From an uncultured Muribaculaceae bacterium (GTDB taxonomy: Bacteria > Bacillota_I > Bacilli_A > RF39 > UBA660), in the NCBI GenBank assembly GCA_964650315.1, contig CAZYQE010000002.1, positions 72,140 to 136,139 of the forward strand: a DNA stretch of 64,000 bases, given 5' to 3'. The notes beneath the pieces are model-generated. The model did not search any database and was not told the origin of the DNA. It saw only the letters and a program-made list of their open reading frames with translations. Positions 9,441 through 18,739 of this stretch are shown here, in pieces; the stretch's first letter is position 1, and every line of letters begins with the position of its first letter. The position numbers and the translations under genes were made by a program.

Positions 9441-9701
9441 ATGAGTTTAGAAAAAAGAGTAGAAGAAATTGAAAAAAGAAATAAAAGAGTAGAATTAGAT
9501 AAAAAATGGGAAACTAGTTGGACTAGAAAATTATGTATACTATCATTAACTTATATAGTAGTAATTATCTATTCATATTTTATTAGTAAATATAACAATA
9601 TTTTATTTAGTTCTTTAGTACCAGTAATTGGATTCTTTTTATCTACTTTGTCCTTACAATTAATGAGAAAATTTTGGGAAAAGAACATCAATAAGGAGTA
9701 A
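9441..9701 (+). CDS. Small membrane protein (two predicted TM helices)
   Basis: RBS GGAGG. Hydrophobic segments LCILSLTYIVVIIYSYFI and LVPVIGFFLSTLSL. It abuts apt. Confidence 0.55.
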   Translation: MSLEKRVEEIEKRNKRVELDKKWETSWTRKLCILSLTYIVVIIYSYFISKYNNILFSSLVPVIGFFLSTLSLQLMRKFWEKNINKE

Positions 9702-9703
9702 TT

Positions 9704-10243
9704 ATGAAAATAATAAATAATAAATTAAAAAATGATTTAAATATAAGAACAGAAAAAGATTTTCCAGTAGAAGGAATAGAATTTATCGATATTAATCCTT
9801 TAATATTAGAAAAAGATGTTTTTAAAGAAATAGTAGATTTATTTGTAGAAGAAATTAAAGATAAGAATGTTGATTATATAATTGCACCTGAAGCTAGAGG
9901 ATTCTTATTTGGAGGGGTAATTGCAGATAGATTAAATATTGGATTAGTTCCAGTAAGAAAAAAAGGTAAACTGCCTCCAACGACTATACAAGCAAAAATT
10001 GATTTTGAAAAAGAATATGGTAAAGATACATTTGAATTACCAAAATTAGTTAATAATGATTTTAAAGACAAAAGATTTTATATTATAGATGATATATATG
10101 CAACTGGCAATACTTTAAAAGCTATAGAAGAAGTAATTACAGACTTAGGTAGTATAGTTGTAGGTAAAGGTGTAATTGTAAATATTGTTGAATTAAATAA
10201 TGATAAAGATATCTTTTCTTTAATAGATATTAATGAAGAATAA
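9704..10243 (+). CDS. apt: Adenine phosphoribosyltransferase
   Basis: IIAPEARGFLFGG, the PRPP-binding motif FYIIDDIYATGNT, and typical length. Confidence 0.9.
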   Translation: MKIINNKLKNDLNIRTEKDFPVEGIEFIDINPLILEKDVFKEIVDLFVEEIKDKNVDYIIAPEARGFLFGGVIADRLNIGLVPVRKKGKLPPTTIQAKIDFEKEYGKDTFELPKLVNNDFKDKRFYIIDDIYATGNTLKAIEEVITDLGSIVVGKGVIVNIVELNNDKDIFSLIDINEE

Positions 10244-10294
10244 ATATATCTTTATTTTTTTCTTATTTTAATATATAATTATAGTGTTATTTGA

Positions 10295-10369
10295 TGCCCT
10301 ATAGCCAAGCGGTAAGGCAGTGGACTCTGACTCCATTACGCGTAAGTTCGAATCTTACTAGGGCAGCCA
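10295..10369 (+). tRNA. tRNA-Gln (anticodon CUG), encoded CCA
   Basis: Acceptor TGCCCTA/TAGGGCA with the U1-A72 pair typical of bacterial tRNA-Gln. Anticodon stem GTGGA/TCCAT with loop CTCTGAC. T arm followed by GCCA. Confidence 0.85.
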
Positions 10370-10396
10370 AGAATACAAATACAAGGCGGTGTATTT

Positions 10397-12052
10397 ATGA
10401 ATAAAGATGAAAGAATAGAATTAGCTAATCTTCTATTCCCAAATATTAATAAAACTAAAGAAGATTATGAAAAAATGTATCCTGAAAGAAATTTATCTGA
10501 AGGTGCAATGGTAACTAGATTTGGACCTAGTCCAACAGGTTTTGTACATATGGGTAGTTTATTTGGAGCTTTTTGTGATTCTGTATATGCTAAACAATCT
10601 AATGGTATATTCTTTTTAAGAATAGAAGATACTGATCAAAAAAGAAGTATTGAAAATGGTACAGAAGGTATTTTTAATGATTTAGACGCATTTGAAATAA
10701 TTCCAGATGAATCACCTAAGAATGAAGGAAGTTATGGACCATATATTCAATCTGAAAGAACAGAAATATATCAAACTTATGTAAAAGATTTATTAATACA
10801 AGGACTTGCATATCCATGTTTTATGACTGAAGAAGAAATCGCCTCTATTAGAGAAGAACAAGAAATAAATAAAACAAAATTAGGTATATATGGAATGTAT
10901 GCAGGAGATAGAGACTTATCTTTAGATGAAATAAAAGAAAAATTAAATAATAATGAAGAATATGTAATTAGATTAAAATCTCCAGGTAATCCTAATAATG
11001 AAGTAGAAATAATTGATTGTGTTAAAGGAAAAATGAAATTCCCAGAGAATGATATGGATATAGTTTTATTAAAGAAAGATGGAACTCCTACATATCATTT
11101 GGCGCATGTTATAGATGATCACTTAATGCATACAACACATGTAATAAGAGGAGATGAATGGGTATCAAGTATTCCTCTACATATACAATTATTTGATATA
11201 TTAGAGTTTAAAAGACCAGAATATGTACACCATGCTCCAATAACTAAAAAAGAAAATGGTAATACTAGAAAATTATCTAAAAGAAAAGATCCAGAAGCTA
11301 AAGTTTCTTATTATGATGAAGTAGGTATTCCTATTGATGCAGTAAAACTATATTTAGCTACCATCTTAAATTCTAATTTTGAAGAATGGTATTTACAAAA
11401 TCCAGATAAAAAAATAAGTGATTTTAAATTTACATTTAATAAAATGGCTGTAGGTGGAACATTATTTGATTTAGAAAAACTAGGTAATATTTCTAAAACA
11501 TACTTCTCTAGAAAGAGTGGAGAAGAAGTGTATAATGAAACTCTTACTTGGGCTAAAAAACATGATGAAGAGTATGCTAAATTATTAGAAAATAATAAAG
11601 ATGATATGATTAAATATTTATCTATAGAAAAAGATGGACCTCGTCCACGTAAAGATATATCTAAATACAGTGATGTTAAAGAAGAATTCTCATATGCGAT
11701 AGATTCTATGTTTGAAAAAGAGAATTATTCAAAATATGATGGAGATGAAGTATATGATATTAATCTAATTAATAACTACGTAGATAATTATTTAGATTTA
11801 GATGTAGATAATAATGATTGGTTTAATAAAGTAAGAGAATTCTCTATAGAAAATGGTTATGCAGGTTCTCCTAAAGATTATAAGAAAGATCCAGATAACT
11901 ATAACGGTCATGTAGGAGATATCTGTGAAGCAATCAGAGTAATGATTACTGGTAGATTAAAATCACCTGATTTATTTTCTATAATGAAAGCATTAGGTAA
12001 AGATAGAATAAAAGATAGAATAAATCTATATAGTAAATTTATAAGTAAATAA
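10397..12052 (+). CDS. gltX: Glutamate--tRNA ligase (long, 551-aa form)
   Basis: Class I signature RFGPSPTGFVHMGS (HIGH-type), LRIEDTDQKRS and KLSKRK (KMSKS-type). Confidence 0.85.
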   Translation: MNKDERIELANLLFPNINKTKEDYEKMYPERNLSEGAMVTRFGPSPTGFVHMGSLFGAFCDSVYAKQSNGIFFLRIEDTDQKRSIENGTEGIFNDLDAFEIIPDESPKNEGSYGPYIQSERTEIYQTYVKDLLIQGLAYPCFMTEEEIASIREEQEINKTKLGIYGMYAGDRDLSLDEIKEKLNNNEEYVIRLKSPGNPNNEVEIIDCVKGKMKFPENDMDIVLLKKDGTPTYHLAHVIDDHLMHTTHVIRGDEWVSSIPLHIQLFDILEFKRPEYVHHAPITKKENGNTRKLSKRKDPEAKVSYYDEVGIPIDAVKLYLATILNSNFEEWYLQNPDKKISDFKFTFNKMAVGGTLFDLEKLGNISKTYFSRKSGEEVYNETLTWAKKHDEEYAKLLENNKDDMIKYLSIEKDGPRPRKDISKYSDVKEEFSYAIDSMFEKENYSKYDGDEVYDINLINNYVDNYLDLDVDNNDWFNKVREFSIENGYAGSPKDYKKDPDNYNGHVGDICEAIRVMITGRLKSPDLFSIMKALGKDRIKDRINLYSKFISK

Positions 12053-12079
12053 GTGTAGAATACCTACACTTATTTTTTT
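12051..12079 (+). terminator. Rho-independent terminator after gltX
   Basis: Hairpin AAGTGTAG-AATAC-CTACACTT followed by ATTTTTTT. Confidence 0.7.
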
Positions 12080-12126
12080 AAAAGTGATATAATTAATATA
12101 GTAAAATATATAAGGAGGAATTTTTT

Positions 12127-13473
12127 ATGGATAAATTTAATGACTTTAGAAATAAATATAGTGAGTTTTATTATAATAATTATTCTATAGAAGAAAATGA
12201 TAATTATATAAAGATTACTTATGAATTTGAAATTAAAGATTTAGAAAAATTTACTCCTACTTTAAAAATACCAGTAAGTAAAAATTATAATAAAAATAAT
12301 TTAGATACTATAGCATTCTCAGTGGGACTTGCTGAAATAGCAAGTTACTGGAAAGCTACGTGTTCTAAAAAGATTATTATAAAATGTGGTTATCTAGACG
12401 AGTATCAAACAAACTTCTTAAGAAAATTATTATTTAATGGTTTAGGAGAATTTTTCTATACTAATGGTATTAGTACTGATATTGATAATTTTGTAGAAAT
12501 AGAAAGTATAGGACCTAAAAAAGAAATAATTAATGATAATATAGATTGTTCCGGATATTTAGTTGCAGTAGGTGGAGGAAAAGACTCTGTTACTTCATTA
12601 GAATTATTAAAAGATACATCTAATAAAAAAGTATTTATTATAAATAATAGAAAAATATGTTTTGATAGTGCTCATATAGCAGGAATAGAAGATAAAGATA
12701 TTATTAATGTAGAAAGATGTTTTGATAAGAAAATTATTAAATTAAATGAAAGAGGATTCTTAAATGGACATACTCCTTTATCTAGTTGTATTGCTTTTAT
12801 CTCATATTTAACTGCTTATTTAAATGGATTTAAATATATAGTTTTATCTAATGAAGCTAGTGCTAATGAAGCAAGTGTTAAAGGTACTAACATAAATCAT
12901 CAATATTCTAAGAGTTTAACTTTTGAAAATGATTTTAGAGAATATGCAAATAAATATTTAATAAAAGATATAGAATATTTTAGTTTATTAAGACCCTTAA
13001 ATGAATTACAAATAATGAAAGTATTTACTAAATATCCTAAGTATTTTAAACACTTTATTAGTTGTAATAACGGAGGTAAAAGTAAATATATAGGTAAAGT
13101 AGATGGATGGTGTTGTAATTGTCCTAAATGTTTATTTATTTATATAATTATGAGTAATTTTGTTAAACAAGAAGATATGGTCGAAATATTTGGTGAAAAT
13201 TTATTAGATAGAAAAGATATGTTAAATTATTTTCTAGAATTACTAGGTAAGACAGAATCTAAACCATTTGAATGTGTTGGAACTATAGATGAAGTATTAT
13301 ATTCAGTTAACAATATAATTTTAAACTATGAGGGAAAGCTACCATATTTATTAAAATATTATAAAGAAAACTATAAAATAGATAAACCTAATACAGATGT
13401 CATTACTAATATTAACAAAAGTAATGTAAGTGATGAATTTATTGAAAAGATTAAAGGAGCTTTATATGATTAA
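12127..13473 (+). CDS. PP-loop (adenine nucleotide alpha-hydrolase-like) protein; candidate UDP-MurNAc-L-Ala-L-Glu epimerase MurL
   Basis: VAVGGGKDSVTS PP-loop-like motif and the Cys cluster CNNGG...WCCNCPKCLF. It has an 8-nt overlap with the downstream MurD-type ligase. The functional call is inferred from this pairing. Confidence 0.45.
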   Translation: MDKFNDFRNKYSEFYYNNYSIEENDNYIKITYEFEIKDLEKFTPTLKIPVSKNYNKNNLDTIAFSVGLAEIASYWKATCSKKIIIKCGYLDEYQTNFLRKLLFNGLGEFFYTNGISTDIDNFVEIESIGPKKEIINDNIDCSGYLVAVGGGKDSVTSLELLKDTSNKKVFIINNRKICFDSAHIAGIEDKDIINVERCFDKKIIKLNERGFLNGHTPLSSCIAFISYLTAYLNGFKYIVLSNEASANEASVKGTNINHQYSKSLTFENDFREYANKYLIKDIEYFSLLRPLNELQIMKVFTKYPKYFKHFISCNNGGKSKYIGKVDGWCCNCPKCLFIYIIMSNFVKQEDMVEIFGENLLDRKDMLNYFLELLGKTESKPFECVGTIDEVLYSVNNIILNYEGKLPYLLKYYKENYKIDKPNTDVITNINKSNVSDEFIEKIKGALYD

Positions 13474-14812
13474 TAATATAATAAACGAAATAAATAACTA
13501 TGATAAAGTATTAATATTAGGTTTTGGTAAAGAAGGTAGATCTACTTATAATTTAATTAGAAAGTATTTAAAAGATAAATTTTTATATATAGCTGATAAT
13601 GACAATAAAATAGTAATAGAAAATGATAAAAATATAGAACTTATATTAGGTGATAATTACCTAGATAACTTAGATAATTATGATTTAATAATTAAATCTC
13701 CTGGTGTAAATTTTAAAAAAATAAACTATGAAAGTTTTAAAGATAAAATAACTAGTCAAACTGATCTGTTTTTAAGATTTAGTAAATGTAAAACTATTGG
13801 TATAACAGGTACTAAAGGAAAAAGTACTACTTCTTCACTTACATATCATGTACTAGCTAGTTTTACAAAAAATATATTTTTAGTAGGTAATATTGGAACT
13901 CCAATATTTGATAGAATAGAAGAGATGAATAATGATAGTACTGTAGTTATAGAACTTGCAGTACATCAATTACAATTCATTAAAAAATCTCCAAATATAA
14001 GTGTATTATTAAATATATATCCAGAACACTTAGATTTATATAAATCATATGAAGACTATAAAAATACTAAATTAAATATTTTTAATTATCAAGATTCTAA
14101 TAATTATAGAATAATAGGTCTAGATAGTGAAGATTTAAGTAATTATATAAATGATAATACTTATACATTATCTAAAGATAAAAATAAAATAAATAAAGGT
14201 ATATATATTAATAATGATGAATTATATTTTATTTCTAATGATACTAAACTAGTATTTGATAAAAATAATAAAAGACAAATACTTGGAGAACATAATTTAT
14301 ATAATATAGGAGTAATATTCTGTATATGTAAAATATTAAATATTGATTTTAATAAAATATATTCACTAATAGAAGACTTTAAACCATTAGCTCATAGGTT
14401 AGAATATATTGGTACATATAATAATATAAAATTTTACGATGACTCAATATCTACAATACCAGAAACTACTATTAATTGTATAAATTCTATTGAAGATTTA
14501 GATACATTAATAGTAGGAGGTTTTAATAGAGAAATTGATTTATCAAAACTTATAGATAGAATAAATAACAGTAATATTAAAAATTTAATATGTATGAGAG
14601 ATACAGGTTATATAATAGGTGATAATATTACTAATAATATAAATATATATAAAGTTAATAATATGACTGAAGCAGTAGAAATAGCATATGAAAATACAAG
14701 TAAAAATAAATCATGTGTATTATCTCCAGCTGCTGCTAGTTATAATATGTATAAGAGTTTTGAAGAGCGTGGAGATGACTTTAAAGAAAATATTATTAAA
14801 TTAAGTAAATAG
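13466..14812 (+). CDS. murD: UDP-N-acetylmuramoyl-L-alanine--glutamate ligase (MurD family; possibly the L-Glu-adding MurD2 type)
   Basis: N-terminal Rossmann-like LILGFGKEGRS and Mur ligase P-loop GITGTKGKSTT. RBS AAAGGAG lies before the ATG at 13466; the track start at 13430 is an extension. Confidence 0.8.
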   Translation: MINNIINEINNYDKVLILGFGKEGRSTYNLIRKYLKDKFLYIADNDNKIVIENDKNIELILGDNYLDNLDNYDLIIKSPGVNFKKINYESFKDKITSQTDLFLRFSKCKTIGITGTKGKSTTSSLTYHVLASFTKNIFLVGNIGTPIFDRIEEMNNDSTVVIELAVHQLQFIKKSPNISVLLNIYPEHLDLYKSYEDYKNTKLNIFNYQDSNNYRIIGLDSEDLSNYINDNTYTLSKDKNKINKGIYINNDELYFISNDTKLVFDKNNKRQILGEHNLYNIGVIFCICKILNIDFNKIYSLIEDFKPLAHRLEYIGTYNNIKFYDDSISTIPETTINCINSIEDLDTLIVGGFNREIDLSKLIDRINNSNIKNLICMRDTGYIIGDNITNNINIYKVNNMTEAVEIAYENTSKNKSCVLSPAAASYNMYKSFEERGDDFKENIIKLSK

Positions 14813-14820
14813 GTGATTAT

Positions 14821-15405
14821 ATGGACAAAAAGTTTTATAAAATAGTAAAACCTATAGTAAATCTTTTTATTAGAGTATTCTTTAGACCAACCATTATAGG
14901 TCTAGATAATATTCCTAAAGATAAATCTTGTGTTATAGCAGGTAATCATACTAGATGGTTAGATCCTGTTATGTTAGTAGGTATTACTAATAGACAAATA
15001 CATTTTTTAGCTAAAGATTCATTATTTAAAGGCATTGTAGGAGCCGTTGTTAAAGGGATGGGTGCTATTCCAGTCAATAGAAAAATACACGATAAAGATG
15101 CTTTAATAAACGCTAAAGAGTGCTTAAAAAATAATGCTGTAATTGGAGTATTTCCAGAAGGAACTATTAATAGAACTAATGATATAATTATGCCTTTTAA
15201 AATAGGTGCAGTAAAGATGAGTCATGATACTAATAGTTATTTAGTACCATTCGTTATTACAGGTAAATATAAATTATTTAGAAAAGGTATAAAGATAGAA
15301 TTTTTAAAGAAAATGAAAATATCAAAGGACTTAGGTAAAGAAAACAAAAAATTAGAAAAATTAATTTCTAATAAATTGGAGAGTGCTAATAATGAAAAAA
15401 GATAA
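14821..15405 (+). CDS. 1-acyl-sn-glycerol-3-phosphate acyltransferase family protein
   Basis: HX4D motif NHTRWLD and the FPEGT motif. Confidence 0.75.
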   Translation: MDKKFYKIVKPIVNLFIRVFFRPTIIGLDNIPKDKSCVIAGNHTRWLDPVMLVGITNRQIHFLAKDSLFKGIVGAVVKGMGAIPVNRKIHDKDALINAKECLKNNAVIGVFPEGTINRTNDIIMPFKIGAVKMSHDTNSYLVPFVITGKYKLFRKGIKIEFLKKMKISKDLGKENKKLEKLISNKLESANNEKR

Positions 15406-15979
15406 AATGTATGGTTTTAGATTCCTAAGATTTGTTTTAGGTATTATATTTAAATTATATTATAATCCTAAAATAGTTAATAAAGAATATATTCCTAAAG
15501 ACGGATCTATTTTAGTAGTAGGTAATCATAAACATTTATTTGATCAATGTCTACCTATAATATCTACTAAAAGACCAATTCATTACATGGCTAAAAAAGA
15601 ATATTTTGATGATAAAAAAGTATCTTGGTTCTTTAAATTAGCTAGTTGTATTCCAGTAGATAGAGCTATTAAAGATGATAAAGCTACTAATGCCGCTTTA
15701 AAAGTATTAAAAAACGGTAATGCTCTAGGATTATTTCCAGAAGGAACTAGAAACAAAACTAATAAAACATTATTACCATTTAAATATGGTGCCGTTTCTA
15801 TGGCTCATAAAACTAATAGTTATTTAGTACCTTTTGCTATAACTGGAGAATATAAATTTAGAAGTAAAGATTTAACTGTTACTTTTGGTAAACCATATAA
15901 AGTAAAAACTAATGATTTAGATAAAGAAAATAAAAAATTAGAAAAAACGATATTAAATTTATTAAAAAGTGGCAAATAG
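15392..15979 (+). CDS. 1-acyl-sn-glycerol-3-phosphate acyltransferase family protein (tandem paralog)
   Basis: HX4D motif NHKHLFD and FPEGTRN. It shares the C-terminal NSYLVPF.ITG.YK segment with the upstream paralog. Confidence 0.75.
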   Translation: MKKDKMYGFRFLRFVLGIIFKLYYNPKIVNKEYIPKDGSILVVGNHKHLFDQCLPIISTKRPIHYMAKKEYFDDKKVSWFFKLASCIPVDRAIKDDKATNAALKVLKNGNALGLFPEGTRNKTNKTLLPFKYGAVSMAHKTNSYLVPFAITGEYKFRSKDLTVTFGKPYKVKTNDLDKENKKLEKTILNLLKSGK

Positions 15980-16046
15980 TGTAAAGTATAGAAAGTTCAA
16001 CTATAATGAGCTTTCTTTTTTTGATATAATTAAAGTGGTGATATAT

Positions 16047-16886
16047 ATGAAAGATAACATTTTTAATAAGAATTACAAATTATATAGAACAGTATATGAC
16101 ATTATACACCCATCTATATCTAAAAAGAATATATCTAACTATAGTATTATTCTAGATGAAGAAATTGCGCCTATAAGAGCATTTTATCCAAAAAAACTAA
16201 CAGAAGATACTAAAATAATTATATTTCTACCATCTTCTAAAGCTATAATGGATGATGATATAAATTATGCTAAAGTATGTAAAGAAATATCATTTGAATG
16301 TAATAGTATAGTAATTGGAATAGCTTATAAAAATACTATAGAAGATAAATTTAATATTGGATTAGAAGAATGTTATAAAACTATAAAATATTTATATGAA
16401 CAATTAAAGAAAATAGGTATTAAATCTAAAGATATTATATTAATGGGAGAATCTATTGGTGCTAATATTATCAATGGTATTATAGAAAAAAATAAAGATA
16501 ATGAATTAAATATTAATAAAGTAATACAAGTTAGTCCTATAATAGAAAATCCTCTAGATATAGAAAAAACAGAAGTAAATGTAATTCAATTAAATAAATT
16601 TAAAGAATTTTTTGATAATTATATAGAAGAAAAAGATTATACTAATCCATTAGTATTCCCAATAAATATTAATGAGTATAGTAATTATCCAAAAACATTA
16701 ATATTTGCAGGAGCAGCTGATCCTATATATGAAAAAATAAATAAGTTTAATGAAAAATTAGATAAAAATAAAGTTAAAACAGAACTAGTAAAAATAACTT
16801 TTGCAGATCATAATGTTTTAGGTAATAACGATGAAGATATAAAAGATGAAGTTTTTAAAAAAATAAATGAATATTTGAATTCATGA
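16047..16886 (+). CDS. Alpha/beta hydrolase (esterase/lipase-like)
   Basis: Nucleophile elbow GESIGA. Start set after a terminator-like hairpin plus T-run (about 15990-16022) and an RBS-like GGTGA; the track start at 15969 is unlikely. Confidence 0.6.
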   Translation: MKDNIFNKNYKLYRTVYDIIHPSISKKNISNYSIILDEEIAPIRAFYPKKLTEDTKIIIFLPSSKAIMDDDINYAKVCKEISFECNSIVIGIAYKNTIEDKFNIGLEECYKTIKYLYEQLKKIGIKSKDIILMGESIGANIINGIIEKNKDNELNINKVIQVSPIIENPLDIEKTEVNVIQLNKFKEFFDNYIEEKDYTNPLVFPININEYSNYPKTLIFAGAADPIYEKINKFNEKLDKNKVKTELVKITFADHNVLGNNDEDIKDEVFKKINEYLNS

Positions 16887-16907
16887 TATACTTAAGTAGG
16901 TGATTAT

Positions 16908-17432
16908 ATGGAAAAAAAGAAAACAAAAAAAGAAATAGTAAAAATGCTATTAAATAATAACGAATTAGAAGATGAAGATCTAGATGAATTATTAGATTTA
17001 CTAGTAGATCAACCATTATCTATAGATGTAGATAAACAAGAAGAAGCTAAAATGACTAGAGGAGACTATTTAGCAGATAGATTAAGTGAAGTGGCTGGTA
17101 GTTGGGGATTCATATTAGGATTTAGTTTATTCTTAATTGGATGGATAGTATTAAATACAATTATTTTAACTAAAGGTTCAAGAGTAGATCCATATCCATT
17201 TATATTATTAAACTTATTATTATCATGTTTAGCAGCTTTACAAGCACCTATAATCATGATGAGTCAAAATAGACAAGCTGCTAAAGATAGTTTAAGAAAC
17301 CAAAACGATTATAGAACTGATTTAAAGAGTGAGTTAATACTAGAAGAATTACATGATAAAATGGATGAAATATTAAAAAATCAAAGAAAAATAATGAGTA
17401 ATCAAAAGGATGATAGTAATGAAAAGAAATAA
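16908..17432 (+). CDS. DUF1003 family membrane protein
   Basis: Two TM helices followed by LQAPIIMMSQNRQAAKDSLRNQNDYRTDLKSELILEEL, which is typical of DUF1003. Confidence 0.6.
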   Translation: MEKKKTKKEIVKMLLNNNELEDEDLDELLDLLVDQPLSIDVDKQEEAKMTRGDYLADRLSEVAGSWGFILGFSLFLIGWIVLNTIILTKGSRVDPYPFILLNLLLSCLAALQAPIIMMSQNRQAAKDSLRNQNDYRTDLKSELILEELHDKMDEILKNQRKIMSNQKDDSNEKK

Positions 17433-17928
17433 AATACTATTTTTAATAATAATTATATGTTTAGTAATAACTGGATGTGGTCATAAAAAACCAAGTAATA
17501 AAACTATTAAATCTAAAGATGATTTAAATAATAAATCTGGTAGTATGTCATGTACAAGAGAAACAACTGCAAATGACGGGATAAAGCCTTCTTGTACATA
17601 TAAAATTACTTATAGTAATGGAAATATATTAATACTACATTCAGTAGAAAAAATAACTACTGATAATACTGAATATTTAAACCAATATGAAGAAGCTTAT
17701 AAAAAAATTAATAGTTATTATGCTAATTTAAAGTATTATGATACAAAAGTAATACGTGAAGCAGATTCAGTAACTAGAGATACAACTATTAATTATGATA
17801 AAATAAATACAGATAAACTATTAGCGCTAGAAGGAGAAGAAGATAATATTATAGTTAATGGTAAAGCTAAACTAAATAAATGGTTAAAATTTGCCAGAAA
17901 ATTTGGTACTGAATGTCATGAAGATTAA
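17419..17928 (+). CDS. Lipoprotein
   Basis: Signal peptide with lipobox LVITGC. Confidence 0.6.
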   Translation: MKRNKILFLIIIICLVITGCGHKKPSNKTIKSKDDLNNKSGSMSCTRETTANDGIKPSCTYKITYSNGNILILHSVEKITTDNTEYLNQYEEAYKKINSYYANLKYYDTKVIREADSVTRDTTINYDKINTDKLLALEGEEDNIIVNGKAKLNKWLKFARKFGTECHED

Positions 17929-17942
17929 TTTCTTCTTTTTTT

Positions 17943-18017
17943 GTTCAAGTAGTTTAATGGATAAAATATTTCCCTCCGACGGAAATGATATAGGTTCGAA
18001 TCCTATCTTGAACACCA
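17943..18017 (+). tRNA. tRNA-Arg (anticodon CCG), encoded CCA
   Basis: Acceptor GTTCAAG/CTTGAAC, anticodon stem TTTCC/GGAAA with loop CTCCGAC, T arm ATAGG-TTCGAAT-CCTAT. Confidence 0.85.
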
Positions 18018-18038
18018 TATAATAAAGGAAGTGGTACT

Positions 18039-18731
18039 ATGTCTAAATTTATGCTTATAGGTGGAGGAAATATAGGTAGAAATGATACAAAATATGAAAC
18101 TGAAGCTATTGATAAAGAAATAGTTAAAATGACTAATAAAGACAATCCAAACTTTTTATTTATAGGATTCGCATCATCTTTTGCAGACTCTTACTATAAA
18201 ATAATTAAAAAGATATACCAAAATCTAGGATGTAATACATCTTATATAAAAAAGAAAAATTTAATTAATAATCCAGATATAGTTAAAAATAAAATATTAG
18301 AAGCTGATATTATATATTTTGGTGGAGGAGATACTTTAAAATTATTAGAAAAAATAGAAGAAAATAATTTAAAAGAAGTAATAGATAAATCTATTTCTAA
18401 TAATACAGTAATTGCTGGTATGTCCGCTGGTGCTATTATGTTATGTAGTGAAGGTTATAGTGATTCTAAAATATTAAGAGAAGAAAGTGAAAAACATGAA
18501 TTTATTAAAGGGTTAAATTATTTAGACATAATAATTTCTCCTCATTATGAAGAAGATAATATAAAAACAAAAGAATTAATTAGTGATTTAAAAGATACTA
18601 AAAAAGAAGTAATATGTATACCAAATAAATGCGCAATAAAAGTTATAGATAATAAATATGAAGTTATATCTGAAGATAAAGATATTAAAGCTTATACTTT
18701 ATCTTCTAAAGGTAAAAAAGTATTTAAATAG
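18039..18731 (+). CDS. Peptidase S51 (dipeptidase E-like) family protein
   Basis: GGGDTLKLL and the nucleophile-region motif AGMSAGAIM. Confidence 0.65.
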   Translation: MSKFMLIGGGNIGRNDTKYETEAIDKEIVKMTNKDNPNFLFIGFASSFADSYYKIIKKIYQNLGCNTSYIKKKNLINNPDIVKNKILEADIIYFGGGDTLKLLEKIEENNLKEVIDKSISNNTVIAGMSAGAIMLCSEGYSDSKILREESEKHEFIKGLNYLDIIISPHYEEDNIKTKELISDLKDTKKEVICIPNKCAIKVIDNKYEVISEDKDIKAYTLSSKGKKVFK

Positions 18732-18739
18732 GAGTAATT

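Noticed and set aside
17954-18145. 63-aa minus-strand ORF.
   Set aside because: It overlaps the well-folded tRNA-Arg(CCG) gene and the start of the peptidase S51 gene, so it is spurious.
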